The notes below the pieces were generated by a model. It was not told where the DNA came from. It was given only the letters and a program-made list of their open reading frames with translations, and ran no database searches. Shown here one piece after another: positions 7,876 through 18,160 of a stretch of DNA of 58,980 nucleotides. This DNA is from Candidatus Bipolaricaulota bacterium (GTDB lineage: Bacteria; Bipolaricaulota; Bipolaricaulia; UBA7950; UBA9294). Within the stretch, counting starts at the first letter, position 1. Every line of letters begins with the position of its first letter. The translations under genes and the position numbers were made by a program. The stretch lies in the NCBI GenBank assembly GCA_018817505.1, contig JAHITR010000063.1:1-58980 (forward strand), given 5' to 3'.

Positions 7876-10530
7876 TTAGCCTCTAATGGCGGCTTGAGCT
7901 GCTGCCAAGCGGGCGACGGGCACTCGGTAGGGGCTGCAACTGACGTAGTTGAGGCCCACCTTGTGGCAGAAGGCGATGGAAGAGGGTTCTCCACCGTGTT
8001 CGCCACAGATGCCCAGCTTGATATTGGGTCGGGTCTTGCGTCCCAATTCACAGGCCATGGACACCAGCTTGCCTATGCCAGCCTGATCCAAGACGGCAAA
8101 TGGATCCTTATCGTAGATGCCCATTTCGACATAGTCCTTGAGGAACTTGCCAGCATCATCGCGCGAGAATCCGCATCCCATTTGGGTAAGATCGTTGGTT
8201 CCGAAGCTGAAGAATTCGGCCTCAGTCGCAATCTCATCTGCTGTGACCGCTGCGCGCGGCACTTCGATCATCGTTCCGACGAGGTAGGGGATGTCTGCCT
8301 TGCTCAATCCGTTGGCCGCTAGGACTTCCTCAGCGATCCGAACGGACAATTCCCGCTGAAGCGCCAATTCCTTCACGTGCCCAACGAGTGGAATCATGAT
8401 CTCGGGCTTCACGGACGTGCCCGTTTTGTACACATTGCAGGCAGCTTCCATGATGGCGCGGACCTGCATTTCGGAAATCTCTGGATAGATGATGCCGAGG
8501 CGGCAACCGCGGTGGCCGAGCATGGGGTTGAATTCGTGGAGAGCTTCAACCTTCTCACGGATAGCTTCTGCGGATACGCCCATGACCTTGGCAACGTTTG
8601 CCTGACCTTCGGCGTCATGAGGAAGGAATTCGTGCAAGGGGGGGTCAAGCAGTCGGATGGTGGCTGGCAGTCCCTTCAATGCTTTGAAGATGCCCTCAAA
8701 ATCGCCGCGTTGCATGGGAAGCAATTTGGCCAACGGCTCGCGTCGCCCGGCTTCATCCTTCGCCAAAATCATTTCGCGAACAGCGATAATCCGATCGCCT
8801 TCAAAGAACATATGCTCTGTGCGCGTGAGACCGATGCCCTCGGCACCAAATTTAACCGCGACGCTGGTATCGTGGGGCGTGTCAGCATTGGTGCGAACGC
8901 CGAGGGTTCGGAATTCATCTGCCCACCCAAGCAACGTGCCGAAATTACCCGACACTTCAGGCTCGATGGTCTTCATATCGCCCTTGTAGACAATGCCTGA
9001 CGAACCATTGAGGCTGATCGATTCGCCGACCTTGACGACCTGTCCACCGACTGTGAACTGACCCTTGGCATAGTCGATGTTGAGTTCGCCAGCGCCAGCG
9101 ACACAGCACTTACCCATGCCTCTGGCAACGACCGCAGCATGAGATGTCATTCCGCCGCGGGCTGTCAGAATGCCCTGCGCGGCTACCATTCCGCCGATAT
9201 CTTCGGGGCTGGTCTCGATGCGTACGAGAATGACCTTCTTGCCTGCCGCGGCGGCTGTCTCAGCAGCTTCGGCCGAAAACACGACAGTTCCTGAGGCTCC
9301 GCCTGGGCTGGCTGGCAAACCTTTGGCCAGGATGGGAGCCTTCGCTTCAGCTGCCGGATCGAATGTAGGATGAAGAAGCTGGTCGATTTGCCCCGGTGCG
9401 ACACGCAGCAGGGCCTCCTTCTTGTCAATCATGCCTTCTCCAACCATCTCAACTGCGGTCCGCACGGCTGCAGCTGCCGTCCGCTTACCGTTTCTCGTCT
9501 GCAGCATATAAAGAACACCGTCTTCGATGGTGAATTCGATGTCTTGCATGTCTTTGTAGTGGGACTCGAGTTTGGATCGAATCCCCATCAGTTCAGCGTA
9601 AATGGTGGGCATCTCGTCGTTCAACGTCGAAATGGGTTGTGGCGTACGAATTCCGGCAACGACGTCCTCGCCTTGCGCATTCATCAAATACTCGCCGTAG
9701 AATTCGTTTTGTCCCGTCGCAGGATCGCGAGTGAACGCAACGCCTGTTCCGCAGCCATTGCCCATATTTCCGAAAACCATTGCCTGGACATTGACGGCAG
9801 TTCCGAGCAGTCCCTTGATGTCATTAATCTGTCGATACTTGATCGCGCGAGGGTTGTTCCACGAGCGGAATACGGCTTCGATTGCTCCCCACAGCTGTTC
9901 TGTAGGATCTTGCGGGAACGGGCGACCGGCTCGCTTCTCGATAACGGCTTTGAACCGCGCGACCAGTTCCTTGAGGGCTTCGGCTGAGAGATCGGTGTCG
10001 AGCTTGACGCCCTTCTCTGACTTCACGGCGTCAAGAATCTCTTCAAACGGGTCATGATCGCTCTCAGTTTCTGGTTTGAGATCCATGACAACGTCGCCAT
10101 ACATCTGCAGCAGGCGGCGGTAGGAGTCATAGGCGAATCGCTCATTGCCTGACTTCTTGGCGAGTCCGACTACCGTTTCGTCTGTCAGCCCGAGGTTGAG
10201 GATCGTATCCATCATTCCCGGCATGGACACAAACGCGCCCGATCGAACGGAAACGAGAAGCGGATTCTCCACGCTGCCAAATGCCTTCCCAGTTGCGGCT
10301 TCGAGTTTCTTAAGATTCTTTGCGACTTCCTCGCGTAGGCCTTGAGGATAGGTGCTGCCATGATCTGAGTAGTAGCCGCAGACCTCAGTGGTGATGGTGA
10401 AGCCAGGAGGAACGGGGATTCCCAGCTCAGACATCTCCGCAAGATTGGCCCCCTTGCCACCCAGCAGCTGCTTCATCGTTGCATTTCCGTCAGTTTGATC
10501 CTTGCTGAAGAAGAAAACGTTTTTTCCCAC
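7876..10530 (-). CDS. ppdK: Pyruvate, phosphate dikinase
   Basis: [24 protein letters not shown] (phospho-His), [17 protein letters not shown]; GTG start with AAGGAGG. Confidence 0.97.
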   Translation of the reverse strand: MGKNVFFFSKDQTDGNATMKQLLGGKGANLAEMSELGIPVPPGFTITTEVCGYYSDHGSTYPQGLREEVAKNLKKLEAATGKAFGSVENPLLVSVRSGAFVSMPGMMDTILNLGLTDETVVGLAKKSGNERFAYDSYRRLLQMYGDVVMDLKPETESDHDPFEEILDAVKSEKGVKLDTDLSAEALKELVARFKAVIEKRAGRPFPQDPTEQLWGAIEAVFRSWNNPRAIKYRQINDIKGLLGTAVNVQAMVFGNMGNGCGTGVAFTRDPATGQNEFYGEYLMNAQGEDVVAGIRTPQPISTLNDEMPTIYAELMGIRSKLESHYKDMQDIEFTIEDGVLYMLQTRNGKRTAAAAVRTAVEMVGEGMIDKKEALLRVAPGQIDQLLHPTFDPAAEAKAPILAKGLPASPGGASGTVVFSAEAAETAAAAGKKVILVRIETSPEDIGGMVAAQGILTARGGMTSHAAVVARGMGKCCVAGAGELNIDYAKGQFTVGGQVVKVGESISLNGSSGIVYKGDMKTIEPEVSGNFGTLLGWADEFRTLGVRTNADTPHDTSVAVKFGAEGIGLTRTEHMFFEGDRIIAVREMILAKDEAGRREPLAKLLPMQRGDFEGIFKALKGLPATIRLLDPPLHEFLPHDAEGQANVAKVMGVSAEAIREKVEALHEFNPMLGHRGCRLGIIYPEISEMQVRAIMEAACNVYKTGTSVKPEIMIPLVGHVKELALQRELSVRIAEEVLAANGLSKADIPYLVGTMIEVPRAAVTADEIATEAEFFSFGTNDLTQMGCGFSRDDAGKFLKDYVEMGIYDKDPFAVLDQAGIGKLVSMACELGRKTRPNIKLGICGEHGGEPSSIAFCHKVGLNYVSCSPYRVPVARLAAAQAAIRG

Positions 10531-10567
10531 TTCGTGCCTCCTTAAATATCCACTCCGTAGATTTCGT

Positions 10568-11479
10568 CTATTCGCTGTCAAAGAGCGCCTCAGCGAATTC
10601 AGCCGCCGAGAACGCGTGTAAGTCTTCTGCTGTTTCACCAACGCCGATGTGGGTGAGCGGAATGTGCAAAGCATCCCAAATGGCAAGGACAACGCCACCC
10701 TTACCTGTGCCATCTACTTTGGTCAGTACGATGCCTGTCAAGTCGATGGCGTCATGAAAATGATGCGCCTGCGAAATCCCATTTTGTCCAGTGGTCGCGT
10801 CGAGAACAAGGAGACGCTCGTCTGAACCTCGTCCCAGTTTCTTGGCCACCGTACGTTCGATCTTCTTCAATTCCTCCATCAGATTGTGTTTCGTTTGCAG
10901 CCTGCCCGCTGTGTCCACGAAAAGAACGCCGCCGGTTCGCATGGCGTGGTCGACGGCATCGTAGACGACGGCTGAGGGATCCGCGCCCGACTGATGGCGA
11001 ATGAAGTCAACGCCAATCCGGTCAGCCCAAATACCCAATTGTTCAATTGCGGCGGCTCGAAATGTGTCCGCGGCTGCGAATGTCATAGGAATACCTGGAT
11101 GGGCGGCGCGAATCTGCGTGGCCAGCTTCGCAATCGTCGTTGTCTTGCCTGCGCCGTTGACGCCGGTCATGGTGATCACCGTAGGCTGGTTGTCGGAGCG
11201 AATGCAGAGGGGCCTCTCGATTCCTGCCAAGCGTTCCTCAATCACCATTCTTAGGACATGCACAGGATCGTTGTCTTTGCGGGATAATGCGGCCTGCAAT
11301 TCCTTTACAAGGGCCATTGCCGTATGCGCACCGACATCTCCGGCAATGAGTGCTTCTTCGAGTCGCTCAACATCGTCTGCCGACAGTTTCTTTGCACCTC
11401 TCAGCACTTGCGAAATCGAGCCGGTGAATCCTGTTCGCGTCTTGGAGAGCCCAACTTTGAGGCGATCAATCCACGCCAT
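10568..11479 (-). CDS. ftsY: Signal recognition particle receptor FtsY (NG-only)
   Basis: [32 protein letters not shown]. Confidence 0.96.
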   Translation of the reverse strand: MAWIDRLKVGLSKTRTGFTGSISQVLRGAKKLSADDVERLEEALIAGDVGAHTAMALVKELQAALSRKDNDPVHVLRMVIEERLAGIERPLCIRSDNQPTVITMTGVNGAGKTTTIAKLATQIRAAHPGIPMTFAAADTFRAAAIEQLGIWADRIGVDFIRHQSGADPSAVVYDAVDHAMRTGGVLFVDTAGRLQTKHNLMEELKKIERTVAKKLGRGSDERLLVLDATTGQNGISQAHHFHDAIDLTGIVLTKVDGTGKGGVVLAIWDALHIPLTHIGVGETAEDLHAFSAAEFAEALFDSE

Positions 11480-13149
11480 TACATTTCCTCCGGTGCGTCC
11501 ATGCCCAAAATGTCGAGGCATTCGCCGAGCGCACCCTGAATCGCTGCCAGCAAAGCCAACCTAGCTGTCTGCAATGCGGTATCGTCAATCAAGACGCGAT
11601 GCTTGTCGTAATAGGCGTGGAATGCACGTGACAGATTGAGACCGTACTCAGCCAAAGCATGCGGTGCGAAATCGAGGGCGGCATGCGCAACCACCTGTGG
11701 AAACTGGTCAAGCATCTTGATCAGATTCAGTTCCTCCAATTCAGCAAGCAGCGACAAATCCGCCTGATTGAAATCGGAAATTCTGCTGGAATCGGTCTTG
11801 CGGAAGATGGATCGGATGCGCGTGTAGGCATACTGGATGTAGGTCGAGGGATTGTCTGAAGACTCTGCCCGAGCCAAATCAAGGTCGAAGTCTAGATGGG
11901 CCTCCGGCTTGCGCGAGATCATGAAGTAGCGAACCACGTCCTTTCCAAGATCTTGTGTCAAATCATGCAAAGTGACGAACCGGCCAGCGCGCGTGGACAT
12001 TTTCTGAATCTGTCCGCCTTCTTTCAGGCTGACGAACTGATGGACGGCATAGCTCAGCCATCCGTCCGGATATCCAAGCAGTCGTAGCGCCGCTTTGACG
12101 CATGTTTGCTCAGCATGATGATCAGCACCCTGCACATCGAGCACATAGTCGAAGCCACGCTCGTGTTTGTCGATATGATAGGCAATATCGACCATGAGGT
12201 AGGTCGGGCGACCATCTGAACGAATGAGAACAGAATCCTTTGCCCCGCCGTGCGCCTCAGATCTCAGCCAGATGGCACCTTCCTGTTCGTAGACTCCGTC
12301 GTTGGCCGTGAGCAGCTGGAGTGTCTGCTCGATCTTGCCTGCCTTGTGCAGATCAGCCTCTGAAAACCAGCGATCGAAGAATACGCCCAATTCGTGAAGG
12401 TCGCGCTTGATCACGTGGGTCATCCGATCGACCGCTGTCCGGCGGAAAAGAGCCTTTGCATCGTCATCGAACTTCGGAAATGGACGCGCCAGGTTCTGCT
12501 TGAGTTCCTCGGCCACTTCAATCAGGTAATCACCTTGGTATCCGTTTTCAGGAATCTCATGAGCGTCTTGGTACAGCTCTTGGTAACGCACCCACAACGA
12601 TTCGGCGAGCAGATCGATCTGCTGACCTTCATCGTTGAAGTAATACTCGCGCTGAACGTTGTAGCCGATGCGTCCATAGAGCGTGGCGAGAACGTCCCCT
12701 AGAACGGCTTGTCTACCGTGGCCGACGGTGAGCGGGCCTGTGGGGTTGGACGAGACGAATTCAATCTGAATGGATTTTCCCTCGCCCAATGTGGAGCTTC
12801 CGAATGGTTCAGACGTGGCCAAGATCCTCTTGAGGGCGTCTTGAACCGCCGCGGGCTTAAGGAATAGATTGAGAAAGCCTGGTCCCGCCAGTTCGACTCG
12901 GGCAACTGGATGGGACGGATCCGTCTCAATCTGATCCGTCAGGGCGCTATGGAGTCTTCCTCCGATGTCACGCGGAGATGCCCTCAGCTTGGATGCGGCC
13001 AGCATGGCGATATTGGATGTGTAGTCTCCGAATTCGGGCCGATCCGTCGGACGAATCTCCAGAAACGCTGCCGCGGGCTCGTCTCCGAACGCTCTGCAAT
13101 AGGCTGAGCGAATCACTCCCAGAATGAGGGTTTCAAGATGTGTCAACAT
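11479..13149 (-). CDS. argS: Arginine--tRNA ligase
   Basis: FGDYTSN, GPGFLN, EFVSSNPTGPLTVGHGR, KMSTRAG, YIQYAYTR, APEEM terminus. Confidence 0.96.
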   Translation of the reverse strand: MLTHLETLILGVIRSAYCRAFGDEPAAAFLEIRPTDRPEFGDYTSNIAMLAASKLRASPRDIGGRLHSALTDQIETDPSHPVARVELAGPGFLNLFLKPAAVQDALKRILATSEPFGSSTLGEGKSIQIEFVSSNPTGPLTVGHGRQAVLGDVLATLYGRIGYNVQREYYFNDEGQQIDLLAESLWVRYQELYQDAHEIPENGYQGDYLIEVAEELKQNLARPFPKFDDDAKALFRRTAVDRMTHVIKRDLHELGVFFDRWFSEADLHKAGKIEQTLQLLTANDGVYEQEGAIWLRSEAHGGAKDSVLIRSDGRPTYLMVDIAYHIDKHERGFDYVLDVQGADHHAEQTCVKAALRLLGYPDGWLSYAVHQFVSLKEGGQIQKMSTRAGRFVTLHDLTQDLGKDVVRYFMISRKPEAHLDFDLDLARAESSDNPSTYIQYAYTRIRSIFRKTDSSRISDFNQADLSLLAELEELNLIKMLDQFPQVVAHAALDFAPHALAEYGLNLSRAFHAYYDKHRVLIDDTALQTARLALLAAIQGALGECLDILGMDAPEEM

Positions 13150-13173
13150 GCGGTAAGCGTACCCAAATGCGGA

Positions 13174-13431
13174 CTATCTTTCGACGATGAAGCGAATGCC
13201 CGTTTTTTTGCTCGCTGTTGATCGACAGCTCCATGAATCCGGGAATGACTTTGATTGATGCCTCATCATGTTCGACCAGACGACGGGCAATGGAGATGGC
13301 CTTGATCGTTTGATTGACCGCTCCTGCTCCGATGGCATGAATCTCGACCACACCGTGATCTTCAAGGGCACCGGCAATGGCACCTACGCGGCGTTAGGAC
13401 TGGAGCGGGCAACAATCCAAAGTACGACCAT
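13174..13431 (-). pseudogene. spoVS: Stage V sporulation protein S family gene with two compensating frameshifts
   Basis: GGAGG-ATG MVVLWIVARSSPNA* / GAIAGAL..GVVEIHAIGAGAVNQTIKAISIAR...IPGF / KTGIRFIVER*; 258-nt span matches SpoVS size. Confidence 0.8.
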
Positions 13432-13591
13432 AGAGCCTCCTGTGTGGACGGTCCCCATGCGTATTGGTACGATCTTGGAAGTATATCGATCCGGGAACGG
13501 AGGGACAAACCTGTTTACCTAGAGCCAAATGTTTTGTTTCACCCTCCGCGACGAGCCTTCACAACTTCTTCAAATCCGGAGCATACAACTA

Positions 13592-15391
13592 ATGACTATG
13601 GCAACAACCAACGACAAAAGGGATTTTCGCCGCCAGATTTTCTTTTCGCTGGGCGGGATCGTGATTGGACTTGCCGTGGCCGGCCTGCTGGCTTTGCTCA
13701 TTAACAATGTGGTGGAGCCGACCATGCAAGTTGAGACGCAGGATCTTGTTGAGTTTCCTGGAGACGTGTTCTCCATTTGGTATCACACGGAATCCCCAAA
13801 CATGAGCACCAGATCCGCGTTGCTTGATCGCCTTGAGGACAGCTTGAGCGACCTGTTGATTCGACTTGATGTGACGATAGATGACATTCCACTTCCGATC
13901 GATGTGCTCGTTCATGATAGCCCCGAGATGATGCAGCAAACGACGATGCGCAGAAAATCAGGCAGCGCGATGTATTCGTTCTACTCGGTGATCGATCTTC
14001 TTCAAGGCGAGGACCCCTATTCGCGTTTGTCCGAATTGGTGCTTGCGTTTGGATGGGGGCGCTGCAGCTCGCAAGTGCTCTACAGGGGTATGCTGATGAA
14101 TATCTCAGCGGCAAACGAGGATTTCCATGTTCCCGTTGCAGCTGCTCCAGCGCGCCTTCTTTATTCTCTGGAAGACCTGCTCATGCTTGAGAAGATCGAT
14201 GCATTCGAGGACACCTTGTATCAACGATACCAGTCTCCCTTCTCGGCCCGACTCGCGATGGGAACCCTTGAAGGACTCAGCGAGTTTCGCTCCATGTTTA
14301 CCACGGTCGGCGACTCGGCAGAGTACGGGATCGCAGATCTTCAGGCGGCATCGCTTGTTCAGTATCTTATAGGCTGTGCGGGAGGGTTGGAGGCGTTCCG
14401 GGAGGTTTGGGGACCGGGAACGTCTGAAGCACTGATTACACGATTAGCCTGCGGCCCGTGGAGTGACTTGTTTGACGATTGGCTAACCGTTGCTCGATCG
14501 GTAGATCCATCCACGGCAGCGTATCAACGCTACAGAGCGCGATTCCTGTATGAGGCAGGCGATATTGAGGCTGCTGCTCAAATTACTGAAACGTGGCGTC
14601 CCAACGATTTGCCGAGCGCGGATAGCGTGTTGGCGGTTCGTGCCCAGCTTGCGGCAGGCCATTTTGAAGCCGCCTCTCGCTTCGCGAATGCTGCCGAGCC
14701 CGGCATATCCGAGGTTCTCGTGGATTGGGTTGCCGTCTACAATGGTTGGAAGCAAGTGTCTGATGGCACATTGACTGTATTCAGCAGAGGAACAAAGGCT
14801 GAGTTGGATGCACGGCTTCAGGAAGTGAAGGCGGCCTACGTCCGTGCAGCAACCTTCTTCGGATTTTCAGAGAGCGAACTTCCCGAGCATGCGTCCGTTT
14901 TCTATTACGGCTCGGCCAGCACTCGGGATACGGGTGAAGCCATACTTCCTGCAGCGGATATTCACAAAGCGATCTGGCACTTCTGCCCAGAAGACAACAT
15001 GGTCGTTGAGTTCGCTGGATCGATGCCTTCGTTTGTTACCATGAAAAGCTCAGCGTCCACCTTGTTGCGCCGTGGGCTAACGGCAGTGCTCACAGTGGAT
15101 CGAGATGAACTGATCTCGCGCGGATGCGAAATGCTTCGGTTAGCGGAGTGGACGCCTTTGTGGCGCATTGGATTTGGTGGCATGCCGGATCGACCTTTTG
15201 AAACCGAGACGGGACTCATGATTGGATATATCTTGGACACGTTTGGTTCTGACGTCGTGCGTGGTCTCTGGATTGCCACTGCGAGGATTGGAGGCGGTGT
15301 TTCTCTGGATACTGCCATTCAGAGCGCGCTGGGCACGTCACGAACGGAGATCGAGCGAACGCTGGTTGATTCAGTGCTCATCTGTGATTAA
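13592..15391 (+). CDS. Membrane-anchored extracytoplasmic protein with two degenerate peptidase-MA-like domains around a TPR-like region
   Basis: N-terminal TM helix; SLVQYLI..GGLEAFREVW and GYILDTFGSDVVRGLW..LDTAIQSALGTS resemble peptidase MA C-terminal helices; no HEXXH. Confidence 0.55.
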   Translation: MTMATTNDKRDFRRQIFFSLGGIVIGLAVAGLLALLINNVVEPTMQVETQDLVEFPGDVFSIWYHTESPNMSTRSALLDRLEDSLSDLLIRLDVTIDDIPLPIDVLVHDSPEMMQQTTMRRKSGSAMYSFYSVIDLLQGEDPYSRLSELVLAFGWGRCSSQVLYRGMLMNISAANEDFHVPVAAAPARLLYSLEDLLMLEKIDAFEDTLYQRYQSPFSARLAMGTLEGLSEFRSMFTTVGDSAEYGIADLQAASLVQYLIGCAGGLEAFREVWGPGTSEALITRLACGPWSDLFDDWLTVARSVDPSTAAYQRYRARFLYEAGDIEAAAQITETWRPNDLPSADSVLAVRAQLAAGHFEAASRFANAAEPGISEVLVDWVAVYNGWKQVSDGTLTVFSRGTKAELDARLQEVKAAYVRAATFFGFSESELPEHASVFYYGSASTRDTGEAILPAADIHKAIWHFCPEDNMVVEFAGSMPSFVTMKSSASTLLRRGLTAVLTVDRDELISRGCEMLRLAEWTPLWRIGFGGMPDRPFETETGLMIGYILDTFGSDVVRGLWIATARIGGGVSLDTAIQSALGTSRTEIERTLVDSVLICD

Positions 15392-15406
15392 TGAAAACCA
15401 CTAGAA

Positions 15407-15434
15407 TTGACAGCCCAACCAAGATCCGTATAAT
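15407..15434 (+). promoter_or_regulatory. Consensus sigma70 promoter
   Basis: TTGACA-16 nt-TATAAT. Confidence 0.8.
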
Positions 15435-15550
15435 GGAAACTTAAGCGAGCGCGCCTTTCCACAAAGATTTAGCTCTGCCTAGGAGGTGGTTTTCGAAGAA
15501 GTAAGCGAACCCCAGACTTCAATTAGGCAGGAGCACAAGGAGGTTAAACA

Positions 15551-16237
15551 ATGAAGCGTAATGGCCTTCGGGCACTAGGACTAGCTTCTTGCGTGGTTGC
15601 ACTTTTCTCGATTTTTGGTATGGCCGTCAATCTTGACGGTATTGTCGCCAATGAACTGATCGAGGAAATCAGTAACGCAGCCGGCTTGAATTTGGTTGAT
15701 CAATATATCGCCAACTACACCGTGGAAGAGTTGACAGACCTTGCAGCACGCGGTCTGACACCTGGAATCAAGCTTGCGGCCGATCGAGCGCTCTTCAAGA
15801 TTAATGGAGGTATCATTCCTCTTATTGGTCTTGGCGATGATGCGCTCCTCGCACTGGCAGCAGCCGGTGACCAAGACGCAGCTGATGCGTATGTCTTCAC
15901 CAAGAGGGCTGCGAACAAGAATCCTGCAGCCGTCGAAGCTTCGATTGCCGCGGCAACTGCCGACACGGTCAAAATTGCCTTTGGAAAACTATTGGGCGGC
16001 TTCTATGGCCCTGGTTCCCCCACTGGCATGAAGACTGAAGCCGAACTTCTCGTCCTCGTTAAGGGAGAAGACCTTGGCATTCGTGTCGCTGCTGCAACCG
16101 CACTTACAACCTACTGGATCCTTGGTTCAGATCTGACGATTGCTCAGGTCGAGGCCAAGATCCTTGGTGTTACGCTGGCGTTCCCCGAATTGGCAGCCGC
16201 CTATCAGGGTTACCTGGCGTACCTTTATAGCCTCTAG
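15551..16237 (+). CDS. Secreted Ala-rich protein with HEAT-like helical repeats, function unknown
   Basis: Signal peptide; repeated T.EEL..L...G...GI..AA..AL; SD AAGGAGGT. Confidence 0.75.
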   Translation: MKRNGLRALGLASCVVALFSIFGMAVNLDGIVANELIEEISNAAGLNLVDQYIANYTVEELTDLAARGLTPGIKLAADRALFKINGGIIPLIGLGDDALLALAAAGDQDAADAYVFTKRAANKNPAAVEASIAAATADTVKIAFGKLLGGFYGPGSPTGMKTEAELLVLVKGEDLGIRVAAATALTTYWILGSDLTIAQVEAKILGVTLAFPELAAAYQGYLAYLYSL

Positions 16238-16262
16238 CAGGCGATAAGGAGGAGGTTCTCAT

Positions 16263-18089
16263 ATGAAGAACGCGCTAATTTTGGCGGGTCTACTTGTTAT
16301 CACATCACTCGCTGTCTTCGGGCAGGGGTATCCTACCCAGCCGGCAGATGCGTTGGTTTTCCCCGTGGGCGTAGCAGGAACCGTGTATGAAGACATGGAA
16401 CTTGGCGTTCGTGGCGGAACGATCACCATCGCCAATATCGAAGATCCCAAGGGCTGGAATGACATGACTGCTCATGAAACGAGCACGACATACTTCACCC
16501 AGCGACAGCATCGCGGATTGGTCAACCTTGACCACATCTCGGGCGCCATCGTACCTGACCTCGCAAAGAGCTGGGAAATTTCTGATGACAGCTTGGTTAT
16601 CACGTTCCACCTTCGCGAAGGCCTCAAATGGTCTGACGGCGAACCGATTACGGCTGACGACGTTGTCTTTACGTACAACGATCTTCTCCTGAACCTAGAC
16701 GTCGACACGAATGGTCGTGACGGTCAGCTTCTTCCTGACGACACGTACCCCGTGTGCGAAAAGGTCGATACCTACACCGTGAAATTCACGATGAGCGTTA
16801 TCTTCCGTCCCGCGTTGAACTCCCTGTCCTTCTCGATTCTGCCGAAGCACAAGCTTGCTCAGTACGTGCACAAGCTCAATCCTGAAGTGCCAGTCGGAAC
16901 ATTCAATGAAGCCTGGACCCTCGATACGCCTCTTACCGAATTGGTAGGAAACGGTCCTTACATCGTCACGGATTACCAGCCGAACGTCAGCGTCACCATG
17001 ACGCGAAACCCGTACTACTACGGCTATGACCCGGCAGGAACCCAGCTTCCTTATTACGACACGCACATTTCGGCGATCGTAACCAACCAAGACGTCTCGA
17101 TGCTGAAGTTCCGAAACGGCGAGACCGACGTCTATGCCCTTCGACCGGAAGATATCGCAATTCTTCTTCCTGAAGGCGCAAGCAAGGGCTTCCATGTCTT
17201 GATTACCGACCAGCCCGGCTACGGTACGACGTGGTTCTTGATCAACCAGGACGTCGGACTGGCTGAAGGCGTCGATAACGAAAAGCGTGAAGTCTATCGC
17301 AACGTGAAGTTCCGCGAGGCCATGGCTCACTGCATCGACAAAGAAACGATGATCCAGAACGTACTGAACGGACTCGGCGGCCCGCAGTGGAGCCCCGTTT
17401 CCGTACCGTCCCCGTTCTATGCCGGTCGCGATTACTATGGCGGACCCATCACCGAAAACAACGCAGTAATCTTCGAGTATGACCCAGCGAAAGCTGCAGG
17501 CCTGCTTGACGAAATTGGCGTTATTGACGCTGACGGCGACGGCTACCGCGATCTTCCGAGTGGCGCCCCGCTGGCCATGGAGATCAATACCAATGACAAC
17601 ACGACGCGTGTTGCCAGCTGTTTGATCCTCGTGGACGACTGGCAGGCCGTCGGCTTGAACGTGACCTTCCAGGTCGTTGACTTCAATACGTTGGTCGACC
17701 GCCTGTTCGGTTCCTCGGGCGACCTGATTTATCTTGGCCTGACCGGTGGCGACGAGCCCAACAGCGGTGCCAACGTTTACAATTCTTGCGGTTCCCTCCA
17801 CGCCTATCGTTATTCGGCGTGCGATGAGCCGGACGAAATTGACACGCGCGTTGACGAGCTTCTGGGTATCGGCGCGAACACGTTCGATTTGGACGAAGCC
17901 TTTGCGGCATATGTCGAGTATCAGCAGCTTCTTTCTGCCCAGCTCGGCTATATCTACACGGTCGTTCAGTCGTTCCAGTATGCCTACTATGACTACGTCG
18001 GCAACGCCTTCAAGGCAAGCCCGACTTCGACGCCTGGTGGCAACAACGGTCTGCTTATGGAGCTCTGCTTCGACAAGCGACTGCTGTAA
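16263..18089 (+). CDS. oppA: Oligopeptide/nickel ABC transporter substrate-binding protein (family 5)
   Basis: PDLAKSWEIS, LREGLKWSDGEPITADDVVFT, GNGPY, RNPYY; Sec signal without lipobox Cys. Confidence 0.93.
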   Translation: MKNALILAGLLVITSLAVFGQGYPTQPADALVFPVGVAGTVYEDMELGVRGGTITIANIEDPKGWNDMTAHETSTTYFTQRQHRGLVNLDHISGAIVPDLAKSWEISDDSLVITFHLREGLKWSDGEPITADDVVFTYNDLLLNLDVDTNGRDGQLLPDDTYPVCEKVDTYTVKFTMSVIFRPALNSLSFSILPKHKLAQYVHKLNPEVPVGTFNEAWTLDTPLTELVGNGPYIVTDYQPNVSVTMTRNPYYYGYDPAGTQLPYYDTHISAIVTNQDVSMLKFRNGETDVYALRPEDIAILLPEGASKGFHVLITDQPGYGTTWFLINQDVGLAEGVDNEKREVYRNVKFREAMAHCIDKETMIQNVLNGLGGPQWSPVSVPSPFYAGRDYYGGPITENNAVIFEYDPAKAAGLLDEIGVIDADGDGYRDLPSGAPLAMEINTNDNTTRVASCLILVDDWQAVGLNVTFQVVDFNTLVDRLFGSSGDLIYLGLTGGDEPNSGANVYNSCGSLHAYRYSACDEPDEIDTRVDELLGIGANTFDLDEAFAAYVEYQQLLSAQLGYIYTVVQSFQYAYYDYVGNAFKASPTSTPGGNNGLLMELCFDKRLL

Positions 18090-18104
18090 TCTCGAACAAC
18101 TAAG

Positions 18105-18134
18105 GTGGGGTGCGGCACTTGTGCCGCACCCCAC
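18105..18134. repeat. Intercistronic perfect 14-bp inverted repeat (mRNA-stabilising or attenuating stem-loop)
   Basis: GTGGGGTGCGGCAC-TT-GTGCCGCACCCCAC between oppA and oppB. Confidence 0.75.
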
Positions 18135-18160
18135 ACTCTATATCTCATAAGAAGGCTGGC

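Noticed and set aside
7876-10713. Long N-terminal extensions in the ORF track (ppdK 945 aa; also mbhH 643 aa, mbhD 156 aa, gltX 516 aa, HAD 383 aa, 56581-57531)
   Set aside because: The extensions overlap neighbouring genes or lack homology; SD-supported downstream starts fit family lengths.
16695-18134. 479-aa antisense ORF over oppA, and similar antisense ORFs over gyrA, ppdK and the A2M gene
   Set aside because: Shadow ORFs produced by codon bias on the coding strand; no motifs or SD.
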